Source: Ancylonema sp.
Lineage: Eukaryota
Length of the DNA: 64,000 nucleotides
Assembly: GCA_050230475.1 (NCBI GenBank)
Contig: JBFLGF010000021.1
Location: 1-64,000, forward strand
Direction: 5' to 3'
Shown here: piece after piece, positions 13,396 to 26,846 of the stretch
Numbering within the stretch: position 1 is the stretch's first letter
Layout: the number at the start of each line of letters is the position of its first letter
Made by a program: the position numbers and the translations under genes
Notes under the pieces: model-generated
Told to the model about the DNA's origin: nothing
Databases searched by the model: none
Seen by the model: only the letters and a program-made list of their open reading frames with translations

Positions 13396-14313
13396 TCTGG
13401 AAAACGCCACATATGTTTCCATCATGATGCAATGAAGTATATTTTTGCTCGAGTACATCTGCGATGAAACATGGGAGGGTTGTGTTGCACAGAAGCACTC
13501 AGTAGTGTGCTCTAAATGGTATGGATGTCATGGACATGTGTGGTACGGATTCAGTCCCTGCAATCGGAGATCACGATTTTTTGGCAGGGTTTGTCAAGTA
13601 ATGCGTTGTTTGCCAGGTGTAAAACGGCTGATACAACTTGTCTGCATTCCCCTAAACCACCAATGCTGTGCAATGGCATTCTCGAACACTTTCGTGCGCG
13701 GTGAAGGAGTTCTGGTATACGCACAAGTAATCGCTACCTTTAAATCGACATCTTTTGATTTTTATTTACATGCTTTCCAAGTTGTGCTGGTCGGAAGGGA
13801 GTAGCAAGTTGTGTCTGTAATGCGAAAATACCTCTATTGAAATGGTGTAACATATGGTGTATACAATGGTGTACTCTTCATTTCCATACTGCAAAACATC
13901 TGCGTTGTGCAATATCCAACAGCGGAACAACTACTCATGGTGTACATAGCAGAAAAAAGTCTCTACGAACGAAAGGAGACGTGCGTAAGATACCAATGGC
14001 TGATTCCGCCATTAATTTTCACCAGCATGACTTTTCTGGCTCTCCAGCAGAGTCTAAGCTGAATCTATTTCCACCACACTGCGCAAACTAAAGCCATGAA
14101 AACCCAAATCCTCACAACCAACACGAATCAAATCCGAGCTACCTACCAAATCGTTACGCACCCAAACTTGGGAAAAATCGTATATGATAGGGTTTACAAT
14201 TTCCTACCTACAATATTATATCCAAACACAACTCAGACACCCAGTTTCAGTTTTCTCTCCTCCGCCCTGTCATACACACAAAACAGGGGCGCAACAGCGC
14301 TATCGCTTCCACA

Positions 14314-17300
14314 TCATTCTCTTTCCCCCTCTCCACTCCCAACCTCATTCTCTCCTTCCTCCCCACCTCTTTCCTCCTCCACCCCGATGACCGGCAATCC
14401 CCACTCACTCCCACTCTGCGCCTTGGCCATTCGACGGAAATCATGCTCACTAAACGACCGTAAGAAAGGCTCTCCTGTCCCCCCTCCCTCCATCTCCCCA
14501 CCCCTTTCCCCTCCTTCTCTCTCCACCCCCCCTCCTCCTCGCCCTCCACCCCCTTCTTGGTGCCCTGCTGACCCCTCACGGAAATTAATGGACCCCAAAT
14601 TCCTACTCATCCCCAACACATCCTCCCCCTCCTCTTCCTTCTCCCCTTGCCCTGAACCTTGAACCCTACCACCCTCTCTGACCTCCCCCCCCCCCCCTCC
14701 CTCTTCCTCCCCCCTCAAATTCGCCCCCCCCAGCTCTGCCATCGCCAATCTCGAGAATCCTTGGGTCAACCCCCCCCCCTGATGAAGCACCCTCCTCACC
14801 TCCTCCCCCTCCACTCCCTCCTTCTCACTCCCCCTCACCACCTCCTCCCCCTTCCTCCTCGAAGAGGTCCCCAATTCAGGGCCGGGGCGGCCTTCGCCCT
14901 TACTCCCCCCTGCCAGCCCCCTCAGCTCTTCCCCATCCCCCAGCCCACCGCCCTCCTCCGCACCTTCGCTTCCCTCCCCTGTGAAATCATTTCTATTCTC
15001 CTGGGAGGGCGTGCCAGACCCAGATGCGAAATTCCGGGAATTGTTAGAGGGGTGAACGGCTCGGATTGGTTTGGGTCGAATGATCTGAGTGGTGCTAGAG
15101 ATCATGGGGGTGGAAGCAATGAGCTTCACTTCTCTGTTTTTTGCCGCGACATCGGGTGCTTCTCCTTCTTCTGAGTACAGTGCTCTCACCCCCAGCAGTG
15201 TGGCCAGGCTCTTCATGGCCTCGGAGATGAGGTGGGTCGCAGAATCGAGTTCGTGAGGGAGAGGGGGGCAGCATTTTGCCGCGTATTCGGGGCGTGTCTT
15301 ATACTTGGTGTGGAGCTCGAATGCTGCGCGGCAGAATATGAACCTGCCGACGCACAACAAAACAAACAAACAAACAAACAAACAAACCGGGAGAAACCGG
15401 CACAACCTCAGTTCCAAACTCCACTCTGCTTTCTCTCTTCATCACCCTCAGAGCCGCACACTGGCGCTCTTTCTATCCCCCATAACAGATCACGCAGGGG
15501 AAAGCAATGGATACATTACGTGTGGTCCCCCCCTCCCCACATCACTACCCAGATTCAGCGTTCTGTTGGAATACCTGAGGATGAACTGGCGCAGGAAGGG
15601 GTCAGACAGTACGCGTGCCCAGGTGAAATCAACAGTGGGGCTCCTGCTGAGAGCTACCCCCCAGATGGCCAGAGTTCGAGAAAGGGTGACCTCGGCCGAG
15701 TCGTACAACTCCTGAGAAGTGATAAGAGCGGGAGAGGAACGTGTCTTTCTACATCTGCCGACTCTCTCTCTCTCATTTCTGCCATTCGTTAGAGGCAGTT
15801 TTTTTGGCAGCAGGCAAAAGAAAGCGAGAGCGGCAAAAGCGAAAATCGAGAGGCGGCAAAGAGGCAGACAGGACTTGTTCGTTTATAGCAAGGACCTGTT
15901 CGTTCATAACGAGTACGCAGCACTCACAGCCGGCATGTTGATGATGGACACTTTTGCCAGGCGGCAGAAAGCCAGTAGGGGGGCGGTGAGGAAGAGGGTG
16001 AAAAGGTTGCCCCCGGCACCCGCCACACGGCGCGTGGAGGAGGCGCAATCGTCCACAGGCTGGACAGCTGGCGAGAGGAGAAGAGCCGCTGCCTCCCCCC
16101 TCTCCTCTCCACTCAAGATCTGGGAAGGGGGGGGGGGCAAGAGGGAGAGGGGGGGTGTTGTTTTGGAGCACATGAGCGAGAGGGGGGGGGTTTTGGAGAA
16201 GGACACGCGTCCTTTTTGAGGGGGTTGACAACAGTCCTGTGTGTATCCTCAAAATAGGGTTTTTTAGGGTTTTTTTGGGGCGATGTGAATGAGCGAGGGG
16301 ACAGTGTAGGGACCGAGTAAGGTGTGGAGTAAGGAGTAGAGGTGGGAGGCTTACTGGAAAAAAGGTGGCCATTCAGTTATTAAAAAAAAAGTACTCGTAT
16401 TCATCCGCATATTTTATGTTCGACCTTTCATTGGTCACACATTCAGGTCAATTGTGTTTACTGCCATCGACCGGGCAGTATTCAATACGTACCAAATCAT
16501 ACGATTCCAGTTTGTTACATTCGATCACATGGCCACATGTCCACATACCCGTCCCATCCCATTCCTCGTCTTCTTACCTCAAAGGCGGAGCTGGCATCGC
16601 TGTCAATGATGACAAACAGCGGCATCCGAGTGAAGGGCAGGAGGTCGTTCGGACACAGAAACCCCTCTCCTGTCATACACACAATCGAGAGTGGGTGAGA
16701 GACCACAAGTGCGCGTCAGACCTCACCTCTACCAGAACTGCCGCCAACTATTGCCGCCTCCTCCTCAACAGCGCTTGAGGGCGACAGGAGTTCCGAAAGT
16801 ATGAAACACAAAACGGGAGCACCTCACAGTCCTTGCATGCACACTCGAACTCCCAAAAACCAATCCAACCGACCAACCAAAATCTGGGCGACACATTTCG
16901 ACCGACATGGCCACTGGAGATCCAGTATCCAACACCTCCTCCACCATTTTGCCCTCGAGCACATGCAGCACCATACATACAACCCCCCCACCCCCCCCCA
17001 CCCCCCCAGCTCCCAACCTGCGGCCCTAGCAGCTGCCTGCACAGCCCTTGGACCTGCCTCCCCACTTCCAGCGTGACTTCTCCCAGCCCCCAGCCACACC
17101 CCCCCAGCCCCAGAGCCCCCGCCACTCTCCTGCTGGATCTCCGAAACCCCAACACTCATTTCCCTCCTCCTTCCGAAAGCCGCGTCAGGGGAGGATCCCG
17201 GGGTGGTCAGGTCCGAAAACTCGGAGTCCAGAGACCCCCCTTCCCGAGGGCTCTCAAGTTCCGCTTGTGCTGCAGAAGCAGAATGGGAGGGGGGGTCGGC

Positions 17301-20300
17301 CGCCAAGGGGGTGGAGTCGGCAGAAAGGGGGGATCCGACAGTGACGGGGGTGTGCACACCTGCCAGGTGCAACCGCTTATCAGAATAGAGGGGTTTTCAT
17401 CCCCCCTTGTTTCAAACCCCTCTGTTTTAATACTCGGGAGCAGGGACGTACGAGGAGTTCCTGTTCAGAGTTTTCAACTGACTGAGTCTCCTGAGAAGCT
17501 TAGATGCGACACTCCAGACTTGGGAATCTGATGGGGGGTTGCCAGGTGGCACTCACTGGAGGCAGAGATGTAGAGCAGGAGGGCGCTGTCAGGTACCAGT
17601 TCGTCCGCCGCTGTTGCCAGCACCTGAGGACAACAGACAACCCCCCACAGGACGACTCTCGGTACCTGGGAATGAAATGAATCACGATGCCTGCTATACT
17701 TCAAAAAAATAACCAGTAGGGGGAGGGAAAAAAAAAAAACAAAAAACAAAACAAAACCCTTCTTTTCGCTTTGTCTGAGACCAGTCCTGCCCCCCCCTCC
17801 TCCTGCCAGCTGTCATCAGCGAATGCCAGGTGGCGCTCACCAGCAGCAGCTGCGTGACGGTGGGGCGGTAGAGCACGTTCTTGTGCGGGTTGGGGGGCAG
17901 GTTGGGGTCCACGAGGTTCTCGTCCGCAGTCCCCACGCGCACAGGTGGCGCCCTCCCGCGCTGCGTAGGTGGCACTTGGGTCACCATCTCCCCGCTCTTG
18001 GACCGCACAAAGCTGCCGCTGGGCTCCCACTCCAGAGCCTGGAGCATGCGGAACGTGTCCAGACTCACCTCGCTCAGCTTCACCTGGGGGGGAAGGGGAG
18101 GTGGGGTAGGGTGGGGGGAGAAGGGAGGGGGGAGGGATGTTTGGAGGATATGGGGTGTGCGTCGTCCTTCTTCGAATGTGATGCAGGCCGAGCGGCTACT
18201 CTGAGTCGCTAGACAGATGATTGCGGCCTTGGAATGAGGAGAAGTCTCGGGTAGAGGTGATGGATAATGAAACCTGTTCCACTTCTGGGCCTCCTCGGTG
18301 CTGCTCAAATTCCTAAGGTTTCACGATCCCTTTTTTTTTTTTGGTTTTTTTTTGGATTGCCATATCTTGCATCGTTACTTGCTCTCAGTTATTTTTTTAA
18401 TTTTTTTTTCATGATACTTATATTGATTGTGGAAGTGTTTCTTTTCTACCTCATTTTGATAGAAGCTGGTGAGGACTGCGTCGTGCAGTTGGAGGGAGGG
18501 GGGGCTGTGGCGAGGCAACATCCTAGCCACTGATCACAAAGAAAGGGAGAGAAAAAATAAAGTGAGCAAAGGGCAAAGACAGGGTCAATTCTTCTACCTT
18601 CTACCTTCTACCTTCTTCTACCTCATTCTTCTTCAATTATTCGGGCATGAAGCAATGGATGCAGTACTGCATTTGGCTAAGCAGCGACAGCGCTCATAAT
18701 TTTTGTGTCACTTCTCCACTGCTTATTCTGGTTGGGCGTGAAAGAAAGAAAGACTGCATCAGCAACAGAATGAGGTGATGCAATGCAGTGATCAAGTCAT
18801 ACGAGAATTTTCCGTTCTCGTGGCAAGCTTGAGGTTGGGGATTTGAGAGGGCTTGAGGTTGTATCATTGATGATTTGTTCATCTATGACAAAAGAAAGAT
18901 GAAGCAATGATTGAAGGCCAGACTCTCTCCATCAGGTCCTGATTTCTGCCCTTGGTCTGTACACCGACCGACGTCACTGCTGTGATTGGACCCCATACCT
19001 GGAGGCAGAATGCCAGGTGGCGGATCCAGAAGTACACTGTACCGCATCGAGCGTGTGCCTTCACAAGCCGCGTCCGCGCGCATGAAACGGAAAATCTCGT
19101 GCACCACCGACCTCCACCCCACGGCATCTGGCAACTGACGGGAGGGAGGCAGGAGAGAGGCAGGAGGGGAAGGTGTTGGGATGGTGCTTGTTGGTGATCG
19201 TGATCGGACGGGGGAATTCCGAAAGGCTTTGTACTATGTATATGTACAGGCACACCTTGATACAGGCACGTGACAGGAGGTCACACAGGAGGGTTGACGA
19301 GGGGTTATTGGATTCCAAGACTCAAATTGCGGAATTTGTGGCAGGAAAATAAGTGAAGAGTCGAGTGCGATGTCATGCCAAAAACGGTTGGTTGTACCTT
19401 GAAAACTTTCTCGTATTCCTCCACCAGGATTCGCAGGTTTCGCAGAAGCTTCCTCACCATCTCGCGCCGGTTGAGCAGCAAACACACCACGATGAAGCGT
19501 GCGACGTACCGGAGTTGCTTGTTCGCCAGAATAGCGTCGCCTCTCATGCTCTCTTTGAAGTACTCTCGGAGAGCGATGGCTTCGTAAAAGACATACGATT
19601 CGAAGAGGTAACTCCTGTCACTCGTTCGCAGGTAGTAGTTGTAGTACAGCTGACCGATTCTGGACGCGATTTCGCCAATTTCCCACCGACTGCAGGCAGG
19701 GCGCAACAGCAGTCAAGCACCCGTTCCTGCTGACAAGATGCCGACCAGATGCTGACTAGATGCCGACCGAAGGCACAAGCATCCGACGGAAATGCAAGAA
19801 AAAGCTGGACCTGAACATGATTTGTAGATAAACGTGTGACAGGAACCTTGAGAGAATGGTGTGGCACCCTCTAGAACTGACGAGTATGCAGGAGTGGGCG
19901 CTAGAACCCTGGAAAATATTCTTACTGCAAGCCAGAATCCACAAGAGCCGTCCGATGCTCCTGCTGGTACTTCCACAATCGAGAGTAGATATGGAACGCT
20001 TTGTGATAATACATATCCCATCTCCCCCTGCCATATGCAGGTAGCTCCCTGAGTCTTGCGAACTTCTGATATGCTTTATCCATCAGTTTGTGGTACTCTT
20101 CAGTGACAGTCGGTGTATCTATTTGGGCCACGTGATCACCATCGAGCTCCACGCCGTGGCCTTGTGCTTGGCTCCCGTTCGTTACATCATTGCCTTCCAA
20201 TTCCAAAATGTCAACATCCTCGTAAGGAAGGGCTACAGCATCCTCAAAATATTCCTCCCCGACCACTGCAGAATTCGGATCGCCGGATTGTCTAACAGAC

Positions 20301-20359
20301 GTCATTCCGTTTCCGTCATGCCCCCCTCCGATCACGTAGGGTCCTGGAATCCCGTTCAT
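14314..20359 (-). CDS. SCAI: Protein SCAI homologue with Gly/Glu-rich C-terminal extension
   Basis: Motifs KFARLRELPAYGR..YSRLWKYQQEHR, RWEIGEIASRIGQLYYNYYLRTS, KQLRYVARFIVVCLLL, VKLSEVSLDTFRMLQALEWEP, NPHKNVLYRPT, LCPNDLLPFTRMPLFVIIDSDAS, GNLFTLFLTAPLLAFC and WARVLSDPFLRQFILR, across more than 10 exons. Confidence 0.93.
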
Positions 20360-20504
20360 GTCTGAATGAATGAGTCTGTCATGAGTGTCTAGGCTTTGTA
20401 CACATGCACGCGCCCTCATAGACTTGGAGCACTTTTACTGAGTCTCTCCTACACCCAAGGTACAAAGCACGGAAGGGAAAAGCAATTACTTGGTGCCCTG
20501 CCTT

Positions 20505-20745
20505 CAGGGCTGTGAAAATGACATAATTCGGGTCCGGACCCCGTGATTTACACGCGTAATCACGCGATTTCGCGTGATCGCGTAATTTCAACATTGAAAA
20601 CCCGAAATTACGTTTGGGCCGATGTAATTACCGAAAACACGTTAATTACATTTTGGCTCCTTATTGAGGGGTCATGATTGTGATAAGGAATATTCCCGAA
20701 TTACGGTCGTAACTTGTAAACGTAAACGCAAGGGTCGCAACCCTA
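20505..20745. mobile_element. hAT-like MITE (241 bp)
   Basis: TIRs CAGGGCTGTGA / TCGCAACCCTA (reverse complement TAGGGTTGCGA). 8-bp TSD CCTGCCTT (20497-20504) / CCTGCATT (20746-20753). Internal repeated CGTAATT/AATTACG motifs. Confidence 0.8.
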
Positions 20746-21930
20746 CCTGCATTACGTAAGGCAGGGGGGTTTATGTTTGTCGCACCCCCAAGCAGCGCGG
20801 TAACCCCACCGGCTGTATCGTGGTTCTGTTTGAGCGCGCCGGATGTCACGCTGGATTCCAGACACATACCAAGTCCGATACGTCTCTGAATCAATTGGCG
20901 AATCTGCACCCCAGAAGATTCGGATTCGATTCGAAGACCTTTCCCGCCTGTACTTCATTCTGCGCCTTTACGCCTTAACGCTCTAAAAGGAATGCTCTTA
21001 ACGAGTACTCGAGTCAGTCCTGCGCCAGGCGCTTGCTACCAAAGCTAACTTTTGGATTTCTTCCCGCCCTTCCCAGCATCCGTAGCCTCGGGCACCCTAT
21101 GCTCACTCCCCCTTACGACGCTGATGTAGCACGCAGCAGAACTCTTGGTCACCTCATTGGCATCTGACGTCAGTGTGCTATTCACACTCTTGCACTCGGC
21201 TACTGGAGCGCTTGTCGAAGGGAAAGCAGACTGAAAGGGAAGAGTTCAGAAATTTATGAATCAGAAATACACCACTGGTCTGGTTCCGTCTGTGATTCTA
21301 CCAAAGTGCCGCTAGCTGTATTGCAAATTTTTAGACAGTCTGCAGTGACATTTAACCAATAATTATGCAGCTGCAGCCGGTTACCAATCCAGACGAACAA
21401 AGTTACACAAGTCGCAAGAATGGACGAGGTGGCTTCCCAATCTATAGCCTTTGACGAAGAGGCCGGCCTTACTAGTTCACCTGATAGGAATCCTCTGCCA
21501 TCTATCGGGGAAGGAATCATGGATGCCATCAACTCTGTGTCAGAGGACTGCCAGGCCGCGATCGAGAGCGTCGTGTCAGTAGTCAAGTGAGCACCACTTA
21601 CACTTCCACACTGCGCATGCATCGATGGACTGGACCCAAACTATACCGGCACTTCTTGCTCTTTCATCAGCTTGGCACGAATGTGACTTCTGTCTTCAGA
21701 TCGAGTCTCAAATGATAGTTATGCCGTCCAGCTGCTTCATTTCGCAGCTTTCGACACACCCTGTCCAAAATTAACCGAATGGTTCACTTTTCCTCTCTTA
21801 AAAACCACATCGCAGGAGAAAAGCCAAGTATAGCCTCAGGATCGACAGAGAATAAAAGAATCGTGTCACCTGAAATTATATTTCTAGAACAGAATTGTTC
21901 TTTGTACAAAAAATTGCACTTCTTTGACAT

Positions 21931-23499
21931 GTGGCCTTGCCCATCTGCAGTGCAATCGAGGCTGCTGCTGTAAAGGCCGACGATGCCTGTGCAGCCGTTA
22001 TCGAAGAAAAAACCAGACATGAACCTGAACATGAACTTGAACATCATCATGAACCTGAACCTGAACCTGAACCTGAACCTGAACCTGAACACAACAAGAA
22101 CAGAATCGGGGAAGGGGCTAGTGAGCAGTTGCTGCCCGCCTCTCCTTTTGCACCATCCACAAACTTCGGAATGGATGCCCACATCCTGCAGATGGTAAAC
22201 TGCCAAACTGTGGCTCACTGTCCCCTATGCCATGCCTTGATGTGTGTGAAGTGTGAAGTGTGAAGTGTGAACACTGCTCTGTGCTGCTGTACACATGCTC
22301 TCTGAGGGAGCACGGGGGTGCTGCTGCCCATCCACAAACGGAATGGCGTTATCAATGCAGGACCTTATCGGGTGCAAAGATTCTTTCACTGAGATTCAAT
22401 CACCTCATGACCAGGGAATCAGAGCTGCCAGCCCCACACGTCAAGCACTCTTCCTGCTCGATGAAAACTCGACGAAAATTGAAAGGAAATCTGGAGTTGA
22501 ATCATGGCGTTGGTTTGCAGGCCATGGAAAACAAGATGCACTCCCCGACACCTTCCCAAAGACTCCATGCCTCCAAAGCTCCTGGTGAGACGCTGAACAC
22601 CATGCAGACAGGAAAGGGGGGGGGGGATAGGAATGGGGCTGGCTACATTCTGATGGTATGTGCAGAATGAGCCATGCTCGAGGAGTCAGAAGCTTCTATC
22701 TGCTTATCTGATGTGTGCTTACACCATGCTTGCCTCATTTTGTTGTATGGTACACATTCCTGTGTCGTTGTGTGTGAAAATTCGGTTTCGATAAAACGAC
22801 TGATGTATCGATGCAACAGGATTCGAGGATGAACCCCTGAGGAACGAAGATGACACTCCCGATGGCTGGCCTGAAATCGGTCGAGCTTCAAACAGCCAGC
22901 CGAGGGAAGAAAACAGAGATCCAGTCCCAGCCGATGACGGCATGGGGACAGAGGAAGGAGAGGATGAGTCACCGAGAGGAGGGGAAGAAGAGGATGTCGA
23001 TACAGAGGAAGACGACAATTCTGTAGGGATGCTCTCTCAAAAAAAAAAAAAACTTCATTTCTTGGTCGTTCAACTGTTAGGGAGTGAGATGCAGTGTAGG
23101 TGCATGAATCAGAGGTATCCATGTGTGTATGCGTATCTCTCCTCCTCCTTGCGTGCTCCTACCACCCTCCAACATGCCTGCCTGAATCCCACAGACTCTG
23201 CAGTTTCGCAAGCCCCAGGATCTCATTGGTATAGGCCCCAGACAGTGAGGCCAGGGTCGGGGTTTGGATCGAGTGGGAGAGGTTGCGGCTGTAATCATGA
23301 CCACAAATTTGGTGCGTGTGTCTCCATGGGTGGTTGCAGGAAGTGATAGCGGGAGGGTTTTTGTGGGACCAGGACGTTCCGGTTTTTACATCGCCAACTG
23401 GAACAGCAAAAAAGGGAGGCGACGTCACGGATGACGATAGTGAAGATGAACGACCTCCGGATGAGGATGAGGGACTACAGGGGACCACGTACGCTCGCT
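21931..23499 (+). pseudogene. Disrupted coding-like fragments (EP repeat, Cys cluster, acidic segments); unknown gene or TE relic
   Basis: CQTVAHCPLCHALMCVKC..KCEHC is broken by a GTGTGAA repeat. Acidic frames at about 22820-23022 and 23340-23499 have plausible AG/GT ends. Ends at an N. Confidence 0.3.
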
Positions 23500-23821
23500 N
23501 ACGACTCCACTTCCCTTCGTTCTCCAGCCGAGATGACTCCGTTCGATAGCATCCTTCCACCCGTGCCTTGAACGGCTTGTCGGATGGTCTCCAGCACGAC
23601 TAGATATCATAATATCTGGACTGTCAATTCTGAGGTGGTGTGCTGCAGGTACTTAAAGCTGCCAGTGCTCAACTTCAAGCTATGATAATGCGGTAGGAGA
23701 CGCACAAGCTGATAAGACAGACAGACTGAAAGGTCGTTATACACTCAATGTGCTAATGTGATGAAATTTATCCGTGCGGATTCCAAGGATCCACCAAAAT
23801 TTTATTGAATCAACGGGTTAA

Positions 23822-24544
23822 ATGATAGGTGGTACTCCTCAGGCTGTGCCTGCACATATTGCCGAGAATGCGCGGAGGGTAAGTATTCCTACAACTTCTG
23901 TGAGAAATTCGTAGGAACTGCCAATATATGTTAGAATTACATCTTTCAACAGCTCAATCTGCTTAGTGAGCCCACTATTTAAGAAGTCCATCGAAGGGAC
24001 GGAGCTGATGGAAGCTGATCGTTGTGTTTTTCAGCTATACAAGGACTGCTTGCGACTTGCCGAATATCTCGGGAATCAGGTCAGTTGCCACCGTGTACGC
24101 ATCTCAGTCGTATCTCATCTCAACTTGAATTTGACGAGAGTACAGGGGGGTTTGCAGAAAGGGAATAATGCAGTTTTAAGGGAACAAGTGCGCACTCAGT
24201 TCCGAGCTAATCTCAAGGAGGAAGATCCAGTAAAAATCAAGGACCAGAAATCTGCGTAAGTCTCTCTCTACACAGCTCGATGAATTCCCACCCCGGAGTA
24301 GCACTGCTGCATTCCTTGGGGGTTCTTCAGTCCATTTCAGATACCCACCAGTCACTTGTCCCACCACTCACTCTTCAAACACAACGTTCTGCACTTCAAG
24401 TTCTCCACTGAGCACTTCCCATTGCCGTGTTTGGACTGAAAGTTTCGATATTGATGGCGCAGGGCTGTGAGAGCTCTTTCAAATTTCATGTTTTATGAGG
24501 CTGCTCGGATGGCAAAAGCTGAACGCGGAATTGTCGATCCTTGA
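23822..24544 (+). CDS. Small LYR-motif (Complex1_LYR-like) protein
   Basis: Exons 23822-23878, 24035-24079 (LYKDCLRLA), 24158-24255 (VRTQFRAN..EEDPVKI) and 24463-24544 (AVRALSNFM), all phase-compatible. Confidence 0.8.
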
Positions 24545-25659
24545 AGTTCTTGTGGAGCCCGCAGCATTAGCACACATACTAATTTCAGCGATTTGTTAAT
24601 ACGAAGCTTAATTACCTTCAAGCCTTCCATGTGTTGAAGAAAAAGTGTGATTATAGCTTGTGTACTTGCTGCTAAGGCAAAGAGTAAGACGTAATACTCG
24701 TAGGCGAAATAAGTTTGATACTCTTCATGTCGGCTTCATGGAAATGACTTCGTAAAACTTATTATTTTTTGTTGCTCACCAATTATGACAAGGTGGCCAC
24801 TCCCTACTCTCTCCACCTAGCTCAAATACTTGTGGGTAATCAACAATATTCTTCGAATTCCACACTTGTACGTTGAGCATGCTCGATTCATGTTGGGAAT
24901 GGCCTCCAATTGATGCTATGCAAATCCGATTTGGATATACATGATATAGGGACTTGAAGGTAACAGAGTTGGTAACCATATGCTAGCTATACTCAATCTC
25001 CTTCCATTTCTTGATCCATTCCTTGCCCACGGGCATTGTGCACACCAATGATGTCAAAGCCATGTGATTATCAAAGTGAAGCGAACAAGGTTGTTCCACT
25101 ATCAAACCTGCATGATCCAAGTTCCAAGTCTTTTATTTCAAGAAGTTGCATGCAAGCAATCTTGTGTGTGTCTAAGGTTGTCCTCTCAAAAATTGGTTGT
25201 TCCACATTATGTACTGTCCAACGACCAAAATTTGTGTGAAGATGTTGTGCTATCCTTGTTCGTATGGACACAAAGCCAACAATAGTTTACATCCTCATGG
25301 TACATTCATTCCATTTCAGCTGCGACCCGATTTTCCTAGCATTGATTGTAGATGTGTGTTTGTCTAGCAAATGCAATAGCTTGGTGTATATCCTTCTCTC
25401 AATTTCTGGTCGTGTTCCTTTACGTGTAAATATGTTTTGTACCCGTGTTAAACCGAAGCGCGCATAAGCATGCACCTCGATTGCATTTGCCAATCACATC
25501 TTGCAATTTTCATGCTTGTTAAACAATTACATGGCTTATGTTCTCGGTGATATTTCCGAGATTAGGTAAAGACTTATTGAGAAATTATTATGCACCTTAG
25601 TATTCCCTATCAACATCAGCCAGAGTACAAGATCTACCACGTTTCGCATCACCACCATT

Positions 25660-26846
25660 TCATTTCTTGCACAAGGAGCACGTGTCTCCATGCTTGCATC
25701 GGATGACACCATAAACTTCATCATCATCACACTTGGACATGATGTAGTCAACTATGAGCTGCGCAGCCTGCACTAGCGCGGAGATGGAGGGTGGGGGGGG
25801 GATGAACTCATGTCTTCCGTACGAGTTGATCAGTTCCACTCACACAAGTGATAGGGAGAGAAGGCTATCACCTCACTTATCCCGCCAACCTCGAACTTGG
25901 ATGCCATTCCCTCAAGAAACGTCACATGCTGCGCAGCCCCACCGTGTGACGTATGATTCAGCGATGATAAAAGGGTATCATTTTACATCGCCATCGTCAT
26001 GCAAAATACCAACCAATCATGCACCACATCTAGTCTCTACGAACGTGACCTTTACTGTGATTTGTTCTGGCTCAGCCAAGAGAAGGTGTGTAGCGCCTAC
26101 AAAATCTTCGACGCTGTATGTTGTGAGAACCACAAGTACAGATGGTGACGTGGCAGACTGTGACCTGATGGTCTCTTGCGCCTGCGCCTGTAGACAACCG
26201 AAAGCACCCATGATCAACAAAATAGTGACGATTGAGAATGATGATGGCAATTTGTGTACCAGTCATGCTTGCCAATATATCTACATCAACGTTTCTAGGC
26301 TATTGTATCCTAATTGTTGGTGATTCTTCACGGGTGTGACTTTAATTGCACACAAGTGATACCTCACTTTGACCTCGAAGACATCACTTTCCGGATGAGT
26401 GATAAATTTTGGGTACGGTACGGTTGACGGTGCTCATGTGTTCAACCTACTCCTACACTACTACAATACTACGTTTTCATTTCTGAAGAATACCTCCTTC
26501 TTTCCGTCAATACTTGGGGGAGAGGCTGATTAGTAATACCTCTTCCAAAATGGATGCAGTGCTCTAAAGCGCCCTTGCGAACGTGATAAGAATCCGCATT
26601 GACTTGCCTGTGCACTCACAGGACACATGAGTTGAGGTCAAGGCGACCAACGTATCGTTTGTTACCATTAACACACCACAGATTGTATATTTGATTCACC
26701 AGGAATTGAAAAAAAGTCTTACTGGAATCAGGCAAATTGTGCTTCTTAGCCATGCTGTCAACCCAGTCGACCTGCTTCTCGCCTAACTGAATCTCGATAG
26801 CTTGCTTGCCAACACCATTCTTATGAACATGGCCAGAAGCCGACAT
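25660..26846 (-). CDS. Uncharacterised protein with two ribbon-helix-helix-like repeats and a C-terminal Cys motif
   Basis: Exon 1 ..IEIQLGEKQVDWVDSMAKKHNLPDS splices in phase to SKSMRILITFA. The last exons give HVTFLEGMASKFEVGGISE / AAQLIVDYIMSKCDDDEVYGVIRCKHGDTCSLCKK*. Middle exons unresolved. Confidence 0.6.

Noticed and set aside
22295..22588. WFAGHGK resembling a transposase-type HGK motif
   Set aside because: Too short, with no supporting catalytic context.
26017..26250. ORF resembling a small secreted protein (MPSSFSIVTILLIMG..)
   Set aside because: Lies within the RHH-like gene span on the same strand; more likely intron plus small exons.
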